Source of the DNA: an uncultured Actinomycetota bacterium
GTDB lineage: Bacteria; Actinomycetota; Actinomycetes; Mycobacteriales; Nakamurellaceae
Length of the DNA stretch: 64,000 bases
Assembly: GCA_963730295.1 (NCBI GenBank)
Contig: CAVSRE010000010.1
Location: forward strand, 5,310-69,309
Direction: 5' to 3'
Shown: positions 61,767 through 64,000 of the stretch, in pieces
How the letters are laid out: every line of letters starts with the position of its first letter
How positions within the stretch are numbered: position 1 is the first letter of the stretch
Program-made: the position numbers and the translations under genes
The notes under the pieces: model-generated
The model's input: only the letters and a program-made list of their open reading frames with translations
What the model was told of the DNA's origin: nothing
The model's database searches: none

Positions 61767-62981
61767 TCAGCCTTGACCGACCAGGGAAGCGACGTGGTCA
61801 GGTGCGAGGAAGGTCGCGGGTAAGACGGTGCCGGCGAACACCCCGGCGAACATGTCCATGGCGTGCTGGTTCCCAGCGGCCGCTCCGAGCAGTTGCCGCA
61901 TCGGCTCCGGTGGTGGTTCGAGTGTCGCCAACCGGGTCGTGAACTCGAAGAGCGGCCACACGTGCTCGTCGCGGACCCGCTGATAGGTGGCCATGGCCTC
62001 GTCGAAGTCGCGTTCGCCGGACAACCATTCGTGAACCGCTCGGGAGCACTGCTCGGCGTCGAGGAACGCGTCGCTGATGCCTTGCGCCGTGACGGGGTCC
62101 TTGAGGTATCGGGCGTCCCCCACGAGCGCCCAGCCAGGTCCGGCCGCAGTCCGGAAGTGGTTGGCGCAGCCGCCGCCGACGACTCGTTCCTCCTGGCGAG
62201 CACCAGTAAGCAGCTCGGCATACACGTCGTGTACCGCACCGAGGTACGCGGCCTGGATGTCCTGCTTGACTGCCGGAAGCTGTGGCCGCGGCCATGCCGC
62301 GAGGATCATGGTCCGCCCGTCGTGGGTGGGGAAAGCGCCGAAACCGCGGTCGGGCCGGATGGCCCACGAGGCAGCCTGGACCGGGGCCCCGCTCCAGTAG
62401 GAGTAGTAGGCGCCGGCAAGCATCGGCTGCGCTCGGTAAAGATCTGCCCCGACGAGCTCTGCGATCCTGGAGTGGGCGCCGTCAGCTCCGATCACCAGTC
62501 GTGCATGCACCGTTGTGGTGGCGTTGCCCGGGCCGCGGCCGCGGATCCCCGCGACCCGGTCCCCGTCGAAGACCAGATCCTGAACACTGAACTCCTCGCG
62601 GACTTCGGCACCCGCCTCACGCGCGGCATCGATCAGGAGCTGGTCGAGCACGATGCGCCGCGGGCACAGTGCCGGCGGCTCCTCGTCGCGCGCCCCATCG
62701 TCGGCGGGTGGGGTTCCGGTGAGCACGACCGGGCCGAAGTCGAAGCGGTAGGTGTCGATCGGCGGGCAGCCGGTGGCAACGAGGCGGTGCAGCAGCCCCC
62801 AGCGGCGCAAGGCGGCGATGCCGGGCCGGTGGATGAGATGGGTCGACACTGTGTCGGACGGGAAGCGGCTCCGGTCCAGGACCAGCACGCGGTAGCCCAG
62901 ACGAGCCAGCAGCATGGCGGTCGGGGAGCCCGCGCAGCGCGCCCCGACGACAATGATGTCGTAGCGCTCCGCCGCGGTCAT
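61767..62981 (-). CDS. FAD-dependent oxidoreductase (paralog of 12386-13702)
   Basis: YDIIVVGARCAGSPTAMLLARLGYRVLVLDRSRFPSDTVSTHLIH is collinear with the 12386 gene along its whole length. Confidence 0.85.
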   Translation of the reverse strand: MTAAERYDIIVVGARCAGSPTAMLLARLGYRVLVLDRSRFPSDTVSTHLIHRPGIAALRRWGLLHRLVATGCPPIDTYRFDFGPVVLTGTPPADDGARDEEPPALCPRRIVLDQLLIDAAREAGAEVREEFSVQDLVFDGDRVAGIRGRGPGNATTTVHARLVIGADGAHSRIAELVGADLYRAQPMLAGAYYSYWSGAPVQAASWAIRPDRGFGAFPTHDGRTMILAAWPRPQLPAVKQDIQAAYLGAVHDVYAELLTGARQEERVVGGGCANHFRTAAGPGWALVGDARYLKDPVTAQGISDAFLDAEQCSRAVHEWLSGERDFDEAMATYQRVRDEHVWPLFEFTTRLATLEPPPEPMRQLLGAAAGNQHAMDMFAGVFAGTVLPATFLAPDHVASLVGQG

Positions 62982-63115
62982 GACCGTTCCTCGGTCGACG
63001 CCAGAACCAGTATCTCCATCCCGCCGAACCTCAGGTGTTCGCCCGTAGCCCGACCGATCGCGTGGCGGTGCGCGGACTCATCGATCATCGGCGTGGGCGT
63101 CAGTGTGGTTGTCAT
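62978..63115 (-). CDS. 45-aa ORF, possibly a truncated cupin N-terminus
   Basis: ATG at 63113-63115 with AGGAGGA 6 nt upstream. Its stop overlaps the FAD gene start (ATGA). GEHLRFGGMEILVLAS resembles the first strands of small cupins. Confidence 0.4.
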   Translation of the reverse strand: MTTTLTPTPMIDESAHRHAIGRATGEHLRFGGMEILVLASTEERS

Positions 63116-63462
63116 GGGATCCTCCTGCCCGCTCGGCTGGTGTCGAAGGCGTTCCCGGATGCGCTGCGTCAACCGAGGCCCCGAACCGGGATGCTCGGCC
63201 AGCAACGTGACGATTCCCGGCCGCCACCGGCGCTTACCACTGCAATATCCACCCCGTACCGTGGTACAGGGTCAAGTACTGAGCGGTACAAATCGGACAT
63301 ACGTAGCGGCCAACTCGCCGCCGCCTGCGGCGTGCATCCAGAGACGCTCCGATCCCTTGCATGCACGGCCTGTGATCCGGCACGGGTATCACGATCGCCT
63401 CGGAGCACAACGCCACGAGATCCTTGGGTGGCCCGAGCCCGGGCCGATGCGAGGCTGGGCGC

Positions 63463-64000
63463 TCAGCGCTTGGTCTCGTACCTGGTCAGGACCACGCCAT
63501 CGGGAAACGTCCGGATCTCCACCAGGGTCAGGTTCACCCAGTTGTCCAGGGCCGTGAAGAACGGCGTGCCGCTGCCCACCAGGACCGGGTGGGTGACGAT
63601 CGCGTACTCGTCGACCAGCCCGGCCCGCATCGCCGCCGCGGCCAGGGTGGCGCCGCCGATGTCCATGGGGCCACCGTCCTCGGCCTTGAGCCGGGTGATC
63701 TCGGTGACCGCGTCGCCGGTGACCAGGCGGGCGTTCCCGTCGACCGTGCTGGTCGTCGAGGAGAACACCACCTTCGGCATGTCCCGCCAGCGGTGGGAGT
63801 ACTCGATCTGCGCCGGTGTGGCGCCAGGCTGTTGGTCGGCGGTCGGCCAGTGGGAGCTCATCGTCTCCCACAGTTTGCGCCCGTACAGCGCCAGGCCCGG
63901 CGCTCCCACCCGGTCGGACCACCACTGGAACAGCTCGTCGCTCGGCACGCTCCAGCCGAGGTCGTCGCCGGGCGCGGCGATGTAGCCGTCCAGGCTCAGG
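63463..64000 (-). CDS. Dihydrofolate-reductase-like (RibD C-terminal domain) family protein, 5' end outside the window
   Basis: The frame is open to the window edge (LSLDGYIAAPGDDLGWSVPSDELFQWW...). It continues with LYGRKLWETM, GGATLAAAAMRAGLVDEY and HPVLVGSGTPFF. Confidence 0.75.
   Translation of the reverse strand, partial: LSLDGYIAAPGDDLGWSVPSDELFQWWSDRVGAPGLALYGRKLWETMSSHWPTADQQPGATPAQIEYSHRWRDMPKVVFSSTTSTVDGNARLVTGDAVTEITRLKAEDGGPMDIGGATLAAAAMRAGLVDEYAIVTHPVLVGSGTPFFTALDNWVNLTLVEIRTFPDGVVLTRYETKR

Noticed and set aside
61863-63557. 564-aa plus-strand ORF antisense to the FAD oxidoreductase and neighbours
   Set aside because: It is a shadow frame crossing three minus-strand features.

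Overview
High-GC, actinomycete-type chromosomal DNA, densely coding on both strands. No genus can be assigned from sequence alone. Most long ORFs in the six-frame track are Arg/Pro/Gly-rich shadow frames of about 50 credible genes. The layout from left to right is as follows. (1) A LacI regulator with two palindromic operators and an inositol-type catabolic trio. (2) An ABM monooxygenase pair, a PucR remnant, an alpha/beta hydrolase, a divergent pair of LuxR-type regulators (one fused to tandem HD domains), several flavoenzymes and a membrane-anchored patatin-like lipase. (3) A divergent citrate synthase with a ~0.9 kb leader. (4) A zinc-ribbon/DUF3024 protein, then an IS21-family left end with truncated istA. 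This abuts a complete sugar operon (GH32/68-like hydrolase, two ABC permeases, binding lipoprotein, LacI), and an IS21-like right end lies 6.66 kb away in inverted orientation. (5) Cupin, MmyB-like regulator, ADH, SDR, cyclophilin-like lipoprotein and phosphoesterase. (6) A decayed multi-GAF gene, a 65-bp tandem repeat, a frameshifted NarL-type response regulator and an intact receiver. (7) A TDT transporter, hydrolases, a cupin and a MOSC protein. (8) An acetyl-CoA hub: a frameshifted acyl-CoA synthetase, thiolase, phaC, a phaB-like reductase, a Pat-like GNAT/NDP-forming acyl-CoA synthetase fusion, an AcuC-type deacetylase and an 1837-aa single-chain biotin carboxylase (BC-BCCP-central-CT). 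(9) A TreT-like glycosyltransferase, dodecin, a second FAD oxidoreductase paralog and a partial RibD_C/DHFR-like gene. I saw no rRNA, tRNA or CRISPR array. All family calls rest on motifs read in the translations, not on database searches. Start codons are my own choices from RBS and motif context.
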